From: Leucoraja erinacea
Taxonomy: Eukaryota
Reading direction: 5' to 3'
Assembly (NCBI RefSeq): GCF_028641065.1
Contig: NC_073403.1
Location: forward strand, 16,926,001-16,990,000
DNA: 64,000 bases
A program made the translations under genes and the position numbers. The notes under the pieces were generated by a model. That model did no database searches. It was given only the letters and a program-made list of their open reading frames with translations, and was not told the DNA's origin. Positions within the stretch are counted from its first letter, which is position 1. Every line of letters starts with the position of its first letter. Of the stretch, positions 62,118 through 64,000 are shown in pieces.

Positions 62118-62319
62118 AACACTAGGAGCAATTTTACAAAGGCTGATTAACCTACAAATTGCATGAATTTGTGACGTGGGAGGAAACCAGAGCACCTGGA
62201 GGATATCCATGCAGTCACATGGAGAAAGTGTAAACTCCACACAGAAAGTACCCGAGGTACCCGTTGAACTCGGGTCTACGGTGATGTGAGGCAGCGGCTC
62301 TACCAGCTGCACCACTGTG
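62118..62319 (-). mobile_element. HE1-type SINE, old
   Basis: Reverse complement of head and central domain. Confidence 0.7.
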
Positions 62320-62404
62320 TCAGTCAGGTTGAATAGTTCACTTATTTTTTTCTGGTTTGCCATTTCTTCATTGTTTTTTTTTATCTACCTGCATAATTTT
62401 ATCT

Positions 62405-62760
62405 GCATAATTAAGGATGAGTTGCACCCCGGCCACTTCCTCTTCTCCCCTCTCCCATCGGGCAAAAGGTATAGAAATGGGAAAACACACACCTCCAGAT
62501 TGAAGGACAGTTTCTTCCCAGCTATTTCTTCCCAGGCAACTGACCCATCCTACAAACAACTAGAGAGTAGTCCTGAACTACTATCTACCTCATTGGAGTC
62601 CCTCGGACTATCTTTGATCGGATTTATCTTGTCTGTACACTGTGGATGGTTCGATTGTATTCTCTTTCCTATGTTTCTATGATTGTATTCTGGTTAGCGC
62701 GCAACAACAGCATTTTGCTGTACCTCGGTACATGTGACAATGAACTAAACTAAACTCAAA
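62405..62760 (+). mobile_element. Rex1/Babar-like LINE 3' fragment
   Basis: IIKDELHPGHFLFSPLPSGKRYR..TSRLKDSFFP. Confidence 0.8.
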
Positions 62761-63340
62761 CTCATTTACCAAGCAGAAACTTGCCATGTTTTACACCATG
62801 GCCAACTTTGCCCATCTATGGTTAAAATTTAAAGCTGAAACAAGGCAAATGCATCCAATCCATAGCAGGCAGGTTGTGTGCAGGGAAGTTTGACATTTCA
62901 CGGCGAGGTCATCATTTCTCCCAGCTTTCAATGAGGTAAATTCCACTTAATGTAGGAAAAAGCAGACCCGGAAAAGGAGAACGGCTGTTACTCATGCAAG
63001 TTGAGAAGACTTGACAGCTCGATGCTGGAAAAATATTTTGAAAGTTACTCACTGTTTGGCAAGTAATCCTTTCACCTGAATTAACTTATCACTGCCAAAA
63101 ATCTGTTAATTGAACTTTAAATGGAGGAAATTAATGCTCACACAGAAAAGAAGTGCACCTCTGGTTTCAACCGCGAATTACACACTGGGGAAGATCGGCT
63201 ACAGACCACAAAGGGCCTGAAGTGGATAGAAAAGCATCAGAAAAATGAGCCTCAGATCAATAGCTGGGGCTCTTGAAACTCACAGCCTGGGTATTCTAAT
63301 GTATCCTGAATAGTGCATTGGAAAGCCCAGAGAAGGTTCG

Positions 63341-63665
63341 GTTTAGTTTGGAGATACAACGCGGAAACCACCGAGCCCACCACTGAACCAACTGCGGACC
63401 ACCGAATCTGCGTCGACCAGTGATCCCTGCACACTAACGCTATCCTACACACACTAGGGACATTTACAATTATACCAAGCCAATTAACCTGCAAACCTGT
63501 ACGTCTTTGGAGTGTGGAAGGAAACCAGAGATCCCGGAGAAAATACCACGCAGATCATGGGGAGAACGTACAAACTCCGTACAGACAGGCACACATAGTC
63601 AGGATCGAACCTGGGTCTCTGGCGCTGTAAGGCAGCAACTCTACCATTGCGCCACTGTGCTGCCC
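63341..63665 (-). mobile_element. HE1-type SINE, full length
   Basis: Reverse complement of GGGCAGCACAGTGGCGCAATGGTAG..GGTTCGATCC.. Confidence 0.9.
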
Positions 63666-63789
63666 TTGGATATGGTGTCCACAAGTTCAAATTTCAAGAC
63701 ATTGGGACATTTTTGATATTGGTTTATTCATATCATGTTTACCAGGATATAGGTGAAAAGCTTTTGTTTGCATGCTATTTTTGAGGATA

Positions 63790-63953
63790 AGACTCAGGAA
63801 GTCCTGGTCCAGCCTTATAGGCCTTTGACTAGGCTGCATTTGGAATATTGTCTGCCATTCTGGTCGCCCCATTACAGGAAGGATGGGGAGTCTTTGGAAA
63901 GGGTGCAGAGAGGGTTACCAGAATGCTGCCTGGAGTTGAGGGTCGTAGCTACA
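63790..63953 (+). mobile_element. CR1 fragment
   Basis: LTRLHLEYCLPFWSPHYRKD..LERVQR. Confidence 0.8.
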
Positions 63954-64000
63954 GTCCTGGGAGATTTGACATTCAGCTACAGGGACACTTCAATTGGACA

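Overview
This is eukaryotic, repeat-dense, mostly non-coding DNA, very probably from a cartilaginous fish (skate/ray-like). That assignment is inferred from HE1-type tRNA-derived SINEs that share CR1/HER1 tails. No intact gene is recognisable; there are only two or three weak candidate internal exons. The window is a nested mosaic of CR1, Rex1/Babar-like and RTE LINE fragments, about 15 HE1 SINEs, and about 20 Penelope-derived elements carrying a hammerhead-ribozyme-like core, often as inverted dimers. It also holds Harbinger, hAT and Tc1/mariner-type non-autonomous DNA transposons, a solo LTR, several non-autonomous Helitrons and two assembly gaps. The most notable observations are (1) a Helitron family carrying a reiterated promoter/first-exon-like module (KLF/ETS/TATA/Inr plus splice donor) separated by related minisatellites; (2) a head-to-tail Helitron trimer with captured CR1 sequence; (3) hammerhead-motif palindromes, one inside a Harbinger MITE; (4) a mariner-type element carrying a tRNA-Met-like sequence and a 123-bp hairpin; and (5) an RTE insertion with a twin-priming inversion. 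All calls were read by eye without database searches, so many boundaries are approximate.
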